Assembly (NCBI RefSeq): GCF_027887165.1
Contig: NC_077233.1
Coordinates: 136,113,080-136,177,079, forward strand
Source: Monodelphis domestica
Lineage: Eukaryota
Length of the DNA: 64,000 nucleotides
Direction: 5' to 3'
The position numbers and the translations under genes were made by a program. The notes under the pieces are model-generated. The model did not search any database. It saw nothing but the letters and a program-made list of their open reading frames with translations, and had not been told where the DNA came from. Positions 61,455-64,000 of the stretch are shown one piece after another (position 1 is the first letter of the stretch; every line of letters begins with the position of its first letter).

Positions 61455-61660
61455 TAACTATTAGAAGGGCAGTAGGTGGCTTGGTGGTTAGAGAGTCAGG
61501 CCTAGAGACTGGAGGACTTGGGTTCAAATATGACCTCAGATTCTTCCTAGTTGTGTGATCCCAGGCAAGTCACTTAATTCCAATTGCCTAACTCTTACTG
61601 CTCTTCTGCCTTGGAACAGATACTTAGTATGAATTCTAAGAAGGTAAAAAGGTAAAGTCA
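61455..61660 (+). mobile_element. MAR1-type SINE in SEZ6L2 intron 8
   Basis: gaagggcagtaggtggcttggtggttagagagtcaggcctagagactggaggacttgggttcaaatatgacctcagattcttcctagttgtgtgatcccaggcaagtcacttaa... Confidence 0.75.
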
Positions 61661-62167
61661 CCATTAATTAGCTGGGTTATCTCATCTCTTTAAGCATTTC
61701 TCTGAACATCATTTTCCTCATCTGAAAAATGGAGGATTGGTAAACTAGAGGGCACCTAAAAGCTCTACATTCCTTCCATACAAGGAACCTAAGTGAGGAG
61801 GGAGGAAGGGGAAGAATCATGGACTGTCTTTCAAATATGACTATGAATAACTTTTGGATTATTTATTTTAGATTATCCATAATATCATGAACTTCCAACA
61901 ACAGGCAAAATCAAGAGGTTATTGTTGGGTTTTGTTTTGGTGCAGACCAGTGATTTCACTGGTACAGGGAATTTCCAGCATGGAAACTCCCTATATCAAT
62001 GAAGATGTACATCTTGTCTGTAGTCTTAGAGAGTTATTTAGGGACACTAAGATTAAATTAAATCTCTGTGGTCAAACCACTAGTATGTGTCAAAGGACCT
62101 TTGACCAGTTTTGCAGTCTCCCAGGATGAAGTTTCTGGTAGAAGAGATGAGGGGATGAAGAAGATGA

Positions 62168-62530
<363 letters not shown>

Positions 62531-62859
62531 TAATAACAAATTTCCACACAAATTTTCAGAAGTTAGATGATCCAAATTTTCTCCCTCCATCCCTTCCCTC
62601 CCCACTCCTAGAGCTGGCAAGCAATTCAATCTGATTTATATGTGTATTATGCAAAACATTTCCATATTGTTCATTTTTAAAACCAAAAGTACAAAACAAA
62701 AACCCAAATATACAAGTAAAAATTGTATGTTTTCATCTGCGTTTTGACTCCAATAGTTCTTTTTCTGGAGCTGGATAGCATTCTTTGTCATAAGTCCCTC
62801 AGAATTGTATGGGATCATTGTATTGCTGAGTAGCTAAGTCTATTATAGTTGATCATAGC

Positions 62860-63050
62860 ACAATATTGCTGTTACTGTGTACAATGTTCTCCTGGTTTTG
62901 CTTATTTCACTCTGTATCAGTTCATGTAGGTCTTTCCAGATCTTTCTGAAATCATCCTGTTCATTTCTTACAGCACAATAATATTCCATTGACATATATC
63001 TCAATTTGTTTAGTCATTCCCCAATAGATGGACATCCCTTCAACTGGAAC
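62860..63050 (-). mobile_element. L1 3'-end fragment (reverse) in SEZ6L2 intron 9
   Basis: ...tgtacaatgttctcctggttttgcttatttcactctgtatcagttcatgtaggtctttcc...cacaataatattccattgacatatatctcaatttgtttagtcattccccaatagatggacatccc is homologous to 13.99-14.17 kb and 28.08-28.26 kb. Confidence 0.65.
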
Positions 63051-63289
63051 TTGTGTTCTTGACCCCTTTTCACATAATGTTATCAAGTGGCTTGTAAGAT
63101 AGGGGGTGGTGGGCCCCAAGATCAGAAACAAATCTCCCTTCCAAATGGAGACCTTTGTTCCAACCCAGCATCATATATGGAATCTTTAATAATCTTATTG
63201 GAACTGTAGAACAATTACTGATAAGAGGGACTTCACTCCCAATATTGGACCCAAAGAGGACTAACCCTTGTTCACTATCCCAGAGCTCT

Positions 63290-63672
<383 letters not shown>

Positions 63673-64000
63673 TGAGGTCTGAGGCTCCAAGACTCTGCTG
63701 AAGTTACAGATCCTTGGGAGGAGGAGATTCAGTATTATGGTTTCAAGGATGCTAAGGGGTGGGGGTTGTTTCCTAAATTTGGCCTGGGATGATGTGCTCT
63801 AGAATCCCCAAGACTAGCTCTGTAATATAAGGGGGGCAATCCACTATGAAAAGCTGCACAAATTCCCATGCTGTCATTTTCCAGAGGGCATATCTTGAAT
63901 GCCTGGTTGGACTTGGCAGAAGGAGGGTCAAAATGGGTCAAGGAGAGCTACAGGAAGAGGGCAAAGGGATCATGTAAAGAGAGGAAGGGCAATGCTGTGG

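Overview
This window is vertebrate nuclear DNA, almost certainly from a marsupial: it is full of MAR1-type tRNA-derived SINEs, MIR elements and marsupial-like L1 fragments. It is not prokaryotic, so there are no operons, CRISPR arrays or defence islands. It carries the orthologue of the human 16p11.2 'core' gene block in conserved order and relative orientation. From low to high coordinates these are: TAOK2 (minus strand, 5' coding exons 1-10 present, gene continues beyond position 1), TMEM219 (minus), a repeat-rich gene desert of about 31 kb, KCTD13 (plus, complete CDS), ASPHD1 (minus, complete CDS, convergent with KCTD13) and SEZ6L2 (plus, coding exons 1-10, gene continues beyond the window end). 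All exon boundaries were derived by hand from translation, reading-frame bookkeeping and GT/AG splice sites; the phase sums close for every gene except ASPHD1 exon 2. CpG-island promoters sit at TAOK2 (about 6.5-7.7 kb), KCTD13 (about 43.4-44.3 kb) and between the head-to-head ASPHD1 and SEZ6L2 (about 50.4-53.0 kb). A smaller CpG/CRE-containing element lies at about 12.4-12.7 kb upstream of TMEM219. The desert holds a degraded LTR retroelement with two matching LTRs, a nested L1 cluster (one copy with ORF1 interrupted by a stop codon and an internally deleted ORF2), several L1 3'-end fragments, a tandemly duplicated unit of about 600 bp, minisatellites and many SINEs. I find no evidence of a novel biological system here. 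The most interesting anomaly is an apparent 1-bp frame disruption in ASPHD1 exon 2 relative to the conserved protein. Other points worth a second look are the abutting 3' ends of KCTD13 and ASPHD1, a putative antisense first exon in the TAOK2 promoter, and the structure of the LTR and L1 elements.
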